The position numbers and the translations under genes are program-made. This document shows, one piece after another, positions 50,787 to 62,050 of a stretch of DNA of 64,000 bases. This DNA comes from Carcharhinus longimanus (Eukaryota): the NCBI GenBank assembly GCA_030264375.1, contig JASCQW010000168.1, forward strand, positions 12,167,988 through 12,231,987. The letters are read 5' to 3'. The notes below the pieces were generated by a model. That model was not told the DNA's origin and searched no databases. It saw only the letters and a program-made list of their open reading frames with translations. Every line of letters begins with the position of its first letter. The first letter of the stretch is position 1.

Positions 50787-52040
50787 TTATTCCATATACG
50801 CACCACCTTGTGTGTGAAAAAGTTGCCCCTCAGGTCTCTCTTAAATTTTTCCCATCTCACCTTAAACTTTTGCCCTCTAGTTTTAGACTCCACTACCCTG
50901 GGGAAAACACTTTGGCTAATCATCTTACCTGTGCCCCTCATGATTTTATAAACCTCTATAAGGTCACCCCTCATTCCCCTTATGCTCCAGGGAAAATAGC
51001 CCCAGCCTATCCAGCCTCTCCTTATAATTCAAACCTTCTAGTCCTGGTAACACTCTTGTAAATCCTTTTTGCACCCTTTCCTGTTTAGTAACATCTTTCC
51101 TATAGCAGGGTGAGCAGAATTGTATGCATTACTCCAAGTATGGCCTTAGCAATGTCTTGCACAGCTGTAACATAACATCCCAACTCCTGTATTCAGTGCT
51201 TTGATAGATGAAGGAGAATATGCCAGATGTCACCTTCACCAGCCTGTCTACCTGGAATTATACACCTGCACCTGTAGGCTTCTCTGTTCGACAACACTCT
51301 CCAGGGCCCTACCATTAACTGTGTAAGCCCTTCCCTGATTTGTCTTACCAAACTACAACACTTCGCGTTTATCTGAATTAAAGTCCATCTGCCGTTCTTC
51401 AGCCCCCTGGCCCAGTTGGCCAAGATCCTGTTGTAGTCTTACAAAACCTTCACTGTCTACTACACCACCAATTTTGGTGTCATCCAAAAATTACTAACCT
51501 GCCTTCTATATTCTCATTCAAATTATTTATACAAATGACAAACGATATCAGCACCAATCCCTGTTGGTCACAGGCCTCCGGTCTGAAAAACAACCCTCTA
51601 CCACCACCCTCTGTCTCCTACCGGCAAGCCAATTTTGTATCTATTGGTTAGTTCTCTCTGGATCCTAAGTGATCTAACCTTACTGACGAGTCTATCATGC
51701 AGTACCTTGTTGAAGGCCTCGCTAAAGTCCAAATAGACAACATCTACCACACTGCCCTTACCTATTTTCTCAGTCACTCCTTCAAAAAGCTCTATCAAAT
51801 TTGTAAGACATTTCCCACGCACAAAACCGTGCTGACTGTTCTGAATCAGACCTTGCCTTTCCAAATGTATGGAGATCCTGTCTCTCAAAATCTCGTCCAG
51901 CAACTTAGTCACCACTGACATCAGTTTGTAGTTCCCTGGCTTTTCCCTGCCATCTTTCTCAAATAAGGACACAACATTTGCCTACCTCCAGTCTTCCATC
52001 ACCTCATCCATTGTTGTTGATGATACAAACATCTCCGCTA
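50602..52040 (-). mobile_element. CR1/HER1 LINE, 3' ~1.4 kb
   Basis: REKPGNY...LIQNSQHGFVRGKCLTNLIELFE.VT...VDVVYLDFSEAFNKVLHDRL...; RGDLIEVYKIMRG...GNFFTHKVVRIWNKLP, plus 3' UTR. Confidence 0.95.
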
Positions 52041-55000
52041 GTCCACTGCACAATGAAAGAACACTCAAGATTTTGTTGCCATGAGTGAACAGATCCCAAT
52101 TAATATATTAACTGGATTGAGATGACGGGTAAGTGAGATACTTGCAGACATTACTGTTGCTGCACACCTGCGAAATCCCTCGACTTGGTGCCAGATTTAA
52201 ACTACCGTCAGGAAAGAGGAAATTCACGCCACAGAGATTACGAGATCTTTTGTGGGCAGCGTTCTTCAAGGTCATTGGAGAGTGCTGCTGCTTCACAGCC
52301 GCCATCCAACTCAATATAGCAAAATTGCACTTATTTATAGCCCATTGTGCTAAATATTTTGGAATGCATATTGATGCTGGAATTAAAATTGTATGCCTGG
52401 ACATCTATTGTCAGAATATTTTCTGATGTGTCAGTCTGTAGAAAGATTAGTTGGTGCTCCTTACGTCAAACTTCGTGGAACTGTGTTTGTTTCTTTCTTA
52501 TCATAACTTTATTTTGCTCCATCTTCTATTGACATTTGAAATGTTAAATACATAGTTGGGGTTTTTACAATTTTTGTATGTGTGACATTCGATTTACCAG
52601 TTTAATAAATTCTGTGATGTCACTAGACTTGCACAACCAATCATTGTCTTTGATGTTCTTCAGGAAGTAAAAGGAAAGCAGTGCAGTAAACACCAATAAA
52701 TACCAACCTTCATACTCTTATTATTTATACAGTACCTCATAGAACTCTTGTTAAATGTGAAAGAATTTATTGTTAACACGAATGCTGGAATACTCATGAG
52801 GAAGACGTCAACTGAATAATTTAAAATATGCAGCCAATTTTAAATGTATTTTGTTACAAATGGCAATGAAGTACAAATCTGTGATTTCATAAAGAAAATT
52901 CTCTGAGGTCTATGGAAATTCATTTAAGACTCTTTAAAATGTCTAAATGATGGCCTGTTCATACAGATGGATGAAATGATGTATCTAAATCCTGATCAGT
53001 ACCCTGTACCATCCTCAGGTCAGATAGATTATAAAAACCTGTTGTTTTCCCTTGTGTTTGAAATAATGGAGTCACTAATCTACTTGATCTACATGAATTA
53101 GCTAAAAAGAAAGTGAGTGATGCGTATATTTCAAAGATAGAAGGCACTTGTAAAAGCAATTTCTTTGGGAAAAATACTGCACAGTCTTTTAATGAGTACT
53201 AATTACCACAGCAGAAAATGTTGGAGGCTTCAATGGATTTACATCGCTGAATGAAAGATCAAAGATTGTGGCACTTGCATTTTAATCTGTTGGCTAAAAA
53301 AAATGAATAGGGTGGTGGTAATGGGGCCCATGAGAATGACAACACAGGTGGTAGAGACTTTAATCCGTTCTTTATTGCTGAAGCCCTAGGCCTACTCACA
53401 ATTATATAATCAGCCATTTTTATTTCAACTTCTTGTTCAAATATTGAGATTGTTTCTCGCCTAGGGTGAAAAGACTTGAAATTGCACATAGTGATATGAA
53501 AGACCATTTAGCCTTTGTACTTTAAAGCCTAACTTTTGAAATTTTACTTTGTTGGGTTAAAATACTTTTCTGTTAAGGAGTGAGAGTGGGATGAGGTAGT
53601 TAACATGCTTTGATGTATTCTGATGTGGGGAGTGGTTTAGTAGAAGCAATTGGCAAAGTTGTGTCAAAGACATCCGTCAAATACAATTGATCACAGGAAT
53701 AGAAGTGACAGTTTCTCAGTATTATTCAGTGTGTTGCTTCTAGAGTCAAACAAACTACCTGTAGTTGTTTTGCCCCATCAAGGAGAATCAGCCCTTGTGA
53801 AAAAATGTGAAACAACAAATACTGGTAATTCATAAAAGGGAATATATCGGTAATAAGGATAATCCGAGTAGAGTCACTACAACAAAGACTTGTTCAGCAG
53901 AGTTGCACTTTCAAAAAATAGCTATCAACCTCTGCAGACACTGACTCCCCATCTTTGATAGCATAGTGTAGAGGGTCATAAACTTAACTGACAGTCCCCA
54001 TCAGGTCACTCAAAAGCAATGTTAGAAACAAAGTTAGTAAGGGCCTGGGTCAAGCCATGCTCTAAAGTCAGTGTTGTCAAAAGCCTCAGTCACATTCATA
54101 CCTACAGGCAACCTCTGCTGATCCTGAGTCATTAATCAAACTGCAGAGCCAGTCTGACCCTGGCTCCTTCCCTTTGAAGTGTAGTGTCTTTTCCAGCATG
54201 AGGAAATAATTTGCTGCCTGATTCAATGAGCCATCAGTGGAGCCAGCAGACCTAATGACATGTGAGAATATTAACCTCCTACCATGAAGAGCTGTGAATC
54301 TTGAGAGGCAGTCTATAATTCACCCAGTGCACCGGAGGCACTCTGTCTCACAGTCCCTGTGACAGAACTTTGTTTTTATTCCTGCTTTTTTCTTCTGCAA
54401 CTTTACCGTCAAGATTTTTAAAATAGATCTAATCTCACTCTTTTCTCACATCTCATTTCAACGGCAGTCTCTTGCTTCTGCACTTTTATTAAGTTTATTA
54501 AAACCAGTTGAATCCTACTTTTTTATGGCAGGGCTCTGTTCGCCCATTCATTATGGTCTCTTATCTTGGCAGGCAATCAGAACTGAAAGGCAGCTAGTCC
54601 ATTATGCACATATGAAGCCCATCACTCCTTCAGCATTTGCCAATTCATCAAACATTTATCATTTGCCCTCTGAACAGCATGTCAATTTGCCTGTCACTCC
54701 CCAGTCTGTGCTGCTTTGTTTGAATCTAAACATTGCCTTTTCACACTGGTGTAGACCTATCCTTACAACACATCGCCCCCTCCCTTTTTAAAAAAAAGTC
54801 TCCTTGGTGCCCAGCAGGGAGGGCAGTTGCCACTGCCTGTTGTATGCAACATTTTTGTAAGATAATGAGGGTGAAGTGTGAGCCNNNNNNNNNNNNNNNN
54901 NNNNNNNNNNNNNNNNNNNNNNNNNNNNNNNNNNNNNNNNNNNNNNNNNNNNNNNNNNNNNNNNNNNNNNNNNNNNNNNNNNNNGAAGGTGAAGTGTGAG

Positions 55001-56573
55001 CCATAGGCAATGATTCTGGGATATTAGGTATGACAGGGAGCTTGATCATAATTATCTTAACGAGGATAGGGTTAATTACAGTGGAAACTTAAAGTTCTTT
55101 CCATTTGAATCGGTCAGAATGAAATGCATTTTGATGTTTTGTCATCTTGATGTGACTTTGGAAATTGCAATGTAAATCTCTTAGCTATGCTGGGACTCCT
55201 TTGGGAGAATGGTGTGAGCCCTGCAGTGAGATAAAGGAGATAGTACCTGTGGGTGAGATAATGGGCAGCTTTCAGGTCATTAGAGCAGTGTGAATAGAAG
55301 GACACAGTAGGCAAATAACATTGTTCATCAGCTTTCCAACAAAAACTGTGCAAAAACAACCATCAGTCATTATGATTCATTTTGTTTCAACTATGTGGTG
55401 AGAAAATGTGAAAATATCAAGGAAGAAAGAGCAGACCTTTACATAAAATGGGGATTTCTGTAGGAAACTGTCGACACCCACAATTGCCCTTCTCTTCGTT
55501 TACCCCACCCCACTTCCCTTGGCTTATGGTTGTGAATTTAGCTGATTAAATCACAAAGTGCATGTTGAGCTGATGACATGAAGACAACAATTAATAAGAA
55601 AGCCCTTGTGTGATGCAGCTCCTTTTAACTGAGCAGCTAATAACATTACACGGCAAAATTGTCAAAATCAGACAGGTGTAAGGGGATTTGTACAGAATTT
55701 GTTTGGCCTGTTTCTGATATTAAAGCGAGCTTTAATATTGAGCCTGGCCGTTTCAATAGGCAACTCCCTCTAGTGTTCCAGAGCCTTTGTCCACTTCATG
55801 CTCTGTCATTTTGTTTTATTCTTTCCTTGAAGCATTTAGATATATTTTTTCCATTTGCCAGTTCCAATTCATTTTCTGATTCTTGTGATAAGAATATTCT
55901 ATTTGCTTAGCATTATTGGTTTAAACAATAGTTTTTAATGTTTAAATATACTAGAACATGAGCTATTGGTTGCTTATAAACCAACGAGTTTCCTAAATAG
56001 ACTTTCCATGTGCAGAAAGGTGAAAAGGGAGGTTTCACATGTTTCTCATTGGTAACAGAAGTCTTGTATAATAAATATCACATTTTATTTTATTTCTTCA
56101 TCTCTTCAGATTGCACAGTGGTCAGATTTGATGGTAAAACTAGATTCATTAGCCGCACAGGAATGATATTTGGACTGAATGATGGATGACAACTTAAATT
56201 TGTGTCCAGGGAATGAAGGTGAACTGTGACAGAGTTATTTATCTTGGGAATGAAGGTTTGGGTCAGGGAAGGCTGGGTGCCTCAAGGCACAAGACATTGA
56301 CAAATTCATCCTGTAGGCCGCATATCTGAAACCTTTTGTTTTAGATCCTGGCTACTCACTAAGTGACCCCCATCCTTCATCCTGCCAGAGTGTGAAAAAT
56401 GTGAGCCTGTGCCAGTTCTCTCTCTGATACTAATTCTTGTCATTCACTCGCTTGTCAGGCTAAAACCAAAACTTTCCAGTTCATGAAAGGGAAGGTTGAA
56501 ATATTTATTTCCGTGGATAATGGCCATCCTGATTTAGTAGCATATCATTTTTCCTGTTCCCTTATTGTCACAG

Positions 56574-56700
56574 GTCATTGGAAGGACTGGAAGAATTCAT
56601 CTGCCTGGAAGAGCTAATCCTGGACAACAATCTTCTCAGAAATGACCTGAAGTTGCCTAGGTTACCTCATCTCCACACCCTGACAATCAACAAGAACCAA
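56574..56700 (+). CDS. LRMDA: LRMDA (C10orf11) internal coding exon, leucine-rich repeat region (127 nt)
   Basis: Pyrimidine tract plus CAG acceptor (56571-56573). One carry-over base, then [42 protein letters not shown], which matches recalled human LRMDA ([42 protein letters not shown]). Ends at the ATATCCT U12 donor. Confidence 0.95.
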
Positions 56701-57811
56701 ATATCCTCTTACACAATGACATTGCAAATTATGTAACATTTAATTTAAAGGAAATCAATTGAAATTTTATTCATGTGCATATTGTGTTCTCTTCATTGGT
56801 GGGCATACCAGAAATTTAGTAGTGGCACGTTAATTCACAAACTTAAATCATCAGTTTGGAATTGTTTTGTAGTCATTAATGGAAAAAAAAGGCTCTTTTT
56901 TAAAGAAATGCAGGAGTTTGTCTTGGATGGAAGGGGGCCCTCTGCTGGAATAATAATGAACAAGATAAAATCAGGTCCATGGAGAATACTAAATGGACGA
57001 AGAGCAAGAAATTGGCACTATAGTATATAAATGATGTTCATTGAGTGCATACTTGAATTATATTGGGATAAATATATGTGGGATATCCATTGGATAATTC
57101 TAAAAGGAAGAGAGAAAATTAAAGAAATATTCACAAATATGCTTTCAAATAGACAAAAGATAACCTCCAATTTCCATGGATCTTTTAACTAAAGGATTTG
57201 CAATAAACACTCTTCATGTTATGGCATTTGTACAACCCCTTAAAATACCCTCACAAAAGGCAATTTTTGCTGTCTTTTAAATTAACAGAGCCCTGCAGAG
57301 TCAAGGAAAGTTCAGCAACATTGACTTTCAGAATTTACTGGAGATGTAATTCTGACTGTACAAAGTATCAGCCAACCATTTATATTCTTGTGGGGAAATA
57401 AGGTTGTTATTGTTTGCCACTGTAGACTCATTTTACAATGGATTGAATGTATTTGTGATGGATGTCGTGTGAAGTAACTGTTTGTTTCCTTGTTGGAAAA
57501 GTTTCAGTTTCAACAATTGCTTACCGTTTAGCCACACAACATCCATCATTTTGTCAATGTTTTAAATGTTTCACACTGAACCTTTGAAAGAAAGTGAACT
57601 AAAAAGAGGGACATTCTTTCAATATATGCCAAAATTCTGACATGTGTTAGCTGTGAATTGCCCCTTAAACAATAACTTTGACAAGTCTTGAGTGCTGCAG
57701 TAAATTTGATTGTCAGTTTCTGATGTATATGATTTTGTTTTACCTATGACTGCTTCCCTATAAATGCTTTTTCATTAATGTGATTGAATCCTTAACCATG
57801 ACCTTTGACAC
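56701..57811 (+). other. LRMDA: U12-type (minor spliceosome) AT-AC intron of LRMDA, 1111 nt
   Basis: 5' end ATATCCTCTT, branch site TCCTTAAC at 57789-57796, terminal AC at 57810-57811. Removing it joins NKNQ|ITELD in frame. Confidence 0.93.
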
Positions 57812-57951
57812 ATAACTGAATTAGACAGCCTTTTGGATCATTTAGCTGAAGTGGTGCCTTGGCTTAAGTACCTCAGCCTCCTTGGAAATGAAGCCTGCCC
57901 CAATGAACTTGTTAGCTTGGACAACGATGAAAGTGATTACCAAAGATACAG
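57812..57951 (+). CDS. LRMDA: LRMDA next coding exon (140 nt), LRR and LRR-cap region
   Basis: Translates [46 protein letters not shown](R), matching recalled human [47 protein letters not shown]. Ends AG|gttagt (phase 2). Confidence 0.95.
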
Positions 57952-59102
57952 GTTAGTTGTACTTGTTGCTAAGAGATAAGTGCAGTTACCTGATAAATGT
58001 CTTTCAGTTATCTGCAGGAAAAATGTATAAAGATATCTGTGGTGTTACTTATTGCTTGATGTTTCTTAACTTTCAGCTCATCTACCAGCGATTAATCATT
58101 TAAATGATAGGCGTAATCTGAAAACATTATTCAGTGGCAAATATGCATGGTTCATTTTGTGCTGTCAAAAAGACATATACAACCGACAAGCTTTATAATA
58201 TGTGATATAATATTTATCGCGCGTCACCAAGCTGCAGATAAGAAGCACGTCTAAAATACTGCTGCTAAACTTTATACTCTTGAATTAAATAATGGTTCAA
58301 ACTTCTTGTGAAGATTACAGTAAGGCTTTTGCATGGCTTTTGTTTTAATGTAGAAAAAGAGAGCGTTGAGTTCTAAAAGAAAAAACTTAAATTGAAAATA
58401 CAAGTATGTAGCCATCATGATATTAGATTATTGAATCAAAGCAAATAGGCCTTGTCTGTGCTTATATTGTTTGTGCTTTGCACTAGCTGTAAACTACATT
58501 GACATTGCAAATAGCAACACAAGTGAAGTTTCATCACAGTATAATAAATTTATCTGATTATAGGAACAAATTTAAGTCTATGATTTTGTCATGAGAATGC
58601 TCATTTGCATAAGTAAGATCCGCAAACCTGTACACCTGTACACCTTAAAAGTAATCTTACATTTTTTTGTTGAAGTACTTATTCTTTTGCCCATGTTATG
58701 TGTTCAGTTTTATTTTGCATAGTTTCATTACCAAACTGCCATCATATTTTGGCTCAATTGCAGCCTTCTTCCCCAACCTTTGTCCTCAATGGGAGTAAGT
58801 TCTTTATGCATCTTGCCAAAATTGTTTTTTCAGTGTATACTTGACCTCAGTAGTATCCTTCATTAAGAAACTTGGATCTTTTCAAAATTTACAAAAATTA
58901 ACTCCTTTGAAGTGTTAGCAGGTTAAAGTTTTAAGCTTCTGGGTCATACAAACCATTCTACTTCCATCTGTGCTGAAATTGCTAATCTTCACTGGGGCAT
59001 TGGCAGAATACTCTGATTGGGCTGATTATTTCTGGTGTCATGGTGAGGGAAACTGGCCAGGATTCTTCATTTTGTGCACAGCTTAAATTTGTGTCAGTCC
59101 CT

Positions 59103-61190
59103 ATTTTTTATTCATTTTTCATGATGTGGGCATCGCTGGCTAGGCCAGCATTTATTGCCCATTCCTAGTTGCCCTTCAGAACGTGTTGGTAAGCTGCATT
59201 CGTGAACCACTGCAGTGCCTGAGGTGTAGATACGCCCATAATGATCTTGACCCATCAACAGCGAAGGAACGACAATAAATTTCCAAGTCAGGACAGTGAG
59301 TGAATTAGAGGAGAACCTCCAGGTGGTGCCCCAGGCATCTTTTGCTCTTTCCCTTCTAGGTGGTAGTGGTCATGGGTTTGGAAAATGCTGCCTATGGAAC
59401 CTTGGTGAGTTCCTGCACTGCAGATAATACACACAACTGCCACTGTTCATCGGTGATCAAGGGATTGAATGTTTATGGGCGGCACAGTGGTTAGCGCTGC
59501 TGCCTGACAGTGCCAAGGACCCGGGTTCGATTCCTGGCTTGGGTCACTGTCTGTAAGGAGTTTTCACATTCTCCCTGTGTCTGCATGGGTTTCCTACGGG
59601 TGCTCCTCCCAAGTCCAAAGATGTGTGGATTAGCTTGATTGGCCACACTAAATTTCCCCTAATGTCAGGGAGATTAGTAGGGTAAATATGTGGGGTTGTG
59701 GGGATGGAGCCTGGGTGGGATTATGGTTGGTGTAGACTCGATGGGCTGAATGGCCTCCTCCTGTACTGCACAGATTCTTTGGGTACCAATCAAGTAGGTT
59801 GCTTTGTCCTGGATGGTGTTGAACTTCTTAAGCTGCACTCATCCAAGCAAGTGGAGAATATTCCATCACATTCCTGACTTGTGCCTTGTAGATGGCAGAC
59901 TGGCTTTGGGGGGCCAGGAGGTGAATTACTCGCTGCAGGATTCCTAGCCTTTGACTTGCTCTGGTAGCCACAGTATTTTTATGGCTAGTCCAGTTCAGTT
60001 CTGGTTAATGGTAATCCCCAGAATGTTGATAGTGGGAGATTCAACAATGGTAATGCCATTCAATTTCATGGGGCAATAGTTAGATCCTCTCTTTTTGGAG
60101 ATGGTCATTGCCTGGCACTTGTGTGGCGCAAATGTTACTTGCCATTATTAGCCCAAGCTAGGATGTTGTCCAGATCTTGCTGCATTTGGACATGAACTGC
60201 TTGTGTATCTGAGGAATTGTGAATGGTGCTGAATATTGTGCAGTCATCTGCAAACATCTCCACTTATGACCTTATTTTGGGAGGTTATTGATGAAACAGC
60301 TGAAGATGGTTGAACCTACTATACTACCCTGAGAAACTCCTGCAGTAATGTCCTGGAGCTGAGATGATTAACCTTTAATCACTGCAACCATTTTCCTTTG
60401 TGCTAGGTATGACTCTAACCAGCCCATGGCCTTTGCGGCACCCAGTCCACTTTGAGTGAATCGAATTGGCTGAAGACTGATATCTGTGCTGCTGGGGACC
60501 TCTGGATGTGGCAGGACTGCAGAGCTTAGATCTGATCAATTTGTTGTGGAATTTCTTAGCTCTGTCATTTCTTGCGGCTTATGCTGTTTGGCATGCAAGT
60601 TGTCCTATGTTGTAGCTTCACCAGTTTGACATCTCATTTTTAGGGATGCCTGGTGTTGCTTCTAGCATACTCTCCTGCATTCTTTTGAACCAGGGTTGGT
60701 CTCTGGCTTAGTGGTAATGGTAGAGTGGGGATATACCAGGCCATGAGGTTGCAGATTGTAGTTGAGTACAATTCTGCTGTTGCTGATGGCCATTAGTGCC
60801 TCATGGATGCCCAGCCTTGAATTGCTGAATCTGTTTGAAGTCTATTCCGTTTAGCGCAGTAGTAGTACCACACACCTCAAGAGGGTATCGTACCCTCAAT
60901 GTGAAGTTGGGACTTTGTGTCCACAAGGACAATGCAGTGGTCACTCCTACCAATGGGCAGATGCATCTGTGGCAGGCAGGCTGGTAAGGATGGGGTCAAG
61001 CATGTTTTTCCTTCTAGTAAGTTCCCTCACCACTTGCTGCAGTCCCAATCTAGCAGCTATGTCCTTTAGAATCTGGCCAGCTCTGTCTGTACAACCAAGC
61101 CACCCTTGATGATGTGCATTGAAGTTCCTTACCCAGAGTACATTCTGAACCCTTGCCACCCTCAGTGCTTTCTCCAAACAAGTGTTCCTT
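59103..61190 (-). mobile_element. Internally deleted non-LTR retrotransposon (CR1/L2-group LINE), endonuclease to 3' tail
   Basis: APE motif EKALRVARVQNVLWVRNFNAHHQGWLG.TDRAGQILKDIAARLGLQQVVRELTRRKNMLDPILT, RT-region MFADDCTIF at ~60235-60260 and a gcaataaatgctggcctagccagcgatgcccacatc tail. Confidence 0.9.
59477..59780 (+). mobile_element. HE1-like SINE nested in the LINE
   Basis: gggcggcacagtggttagcgctgctgcctgacagtgccaaggacccgggttcgattcc (A/B boxes) through gatgggctgaatggcctcctcctgtactg. Confidence 0.9.
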
Positions 61191-61519
61191 GTGGAGGCTC
61201 TTGTAAGGTGAGGGCACAGCTGCGATGTGACCTCTGGTAAAACAGTCTGCTACTACTGTCTTGGCTCACATATGAGCCTTGGCCACTTGGGTGAGACCTG
61301 AAGGATGCCTAGCATCCAGGTTTGTGGGGCAGAGGTGGGTTGGGGGGGGTGGGGGGGATAGCAGGGAAAAAACAGCAAGGAGAGGAAGAAAGGAGAAAAT
61401 TAATGGAAGGAGAATATAAATTAATGCAAAGAGAACAGACAGAAAGGGAAAATGGGATTCAAAAAATATAGTCAAATACATAGCCTTGGCTATGCATGAA
61501 GTTGGATTATTTATTCTGA

Positions 61520-62050
61520 TATTTATTTTTTAAGGAAGTAACGAATGTGGGCTTATGAGCTTTCTGAAAGGCTTGACAAGGTATCAGGCAGGAGAAAATT
61601 GGAGAGAATAGAATAGAATTGAGGGAAGGATTGCAAGTTGGATTTCAAAATTAGTAAGAAAGGATGTAAAAGAGATTAGAAGCTAAGGACTATTTAAAAG
61701 AGTGGTTGAAAATGTCAATTGTATTCATAGGGATAGGTTCTAGGACCACTTCTGTTCATCACGTATGTCAGTTATTTGGATATAAAGCAGTATAGAGAGT
61801 AGTGCCCAAATTTGTATGAGAATAGGAAACATCGTCAGAACTAAAGGAGGCTAAAAGTAACTGACAAATGGATTTCAGAATTTAGTGAGCTTCAAGTGGT
61901 ACATCTGGTTGAAAAAAGTGCAAACAGCAAGTATATTTTAGTGATGATGATTTGGTGGAATAGGTGGATTTTGGAGGGGTTTAAGATCACAAGATCTTAA
62001 ACCAATACCTGAAGTGCATAAAGTGAGTGAATAAACTAAAGATTTTTTTT
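61520..62050 (+). mobile_element. Very old CR1 RT fragment
   Basis: Residual ttctgaaaggcttgacaaggta (F.KA.DKV) and agggataggttctaggaccacttctgttc (QG..LGPLLF). Confidence 0.5.

Noticed and set aside
52133-52426. 97-aa ORF with a 98-aa antisense ORF
   Set aside because: No recognisable protein similarity, non-ATG start on the + strand, and ORFs of this length arise by chance.
54868-55002. Direct repeat ggtgaagtgtgagcc on both sides of a gap
   Set aside because: Likely contig-end overlap or a collapsed tandem repeat at the 100-N gap.
1-56573. Upstream LRMDA exons (..SYIGQDC..KRLDLSFN..)
   Set aside because: Not found by eye. The corresponding intron is very large in other vertebrates, so they probably lie outside the window.
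58708-58794. 87-nt AG...GTAAGT-bounded open segment in phase with LRMDA (SFILHSFITKLPSYFG...)
   Set aside because: It only superficially resembles the expected next exon (FVLYKLPNLKFLD...), lacks LKFLD and has a weak pyrimidine tract. The real next exon is probably beyond the window. RNA-seq could still test it as a cryptic cassette.
59477-59545. tRNA-like sequences with A/B boxes
   Set aside because: These are SINE heads continuing into SINE bodies, not tRNA genes.
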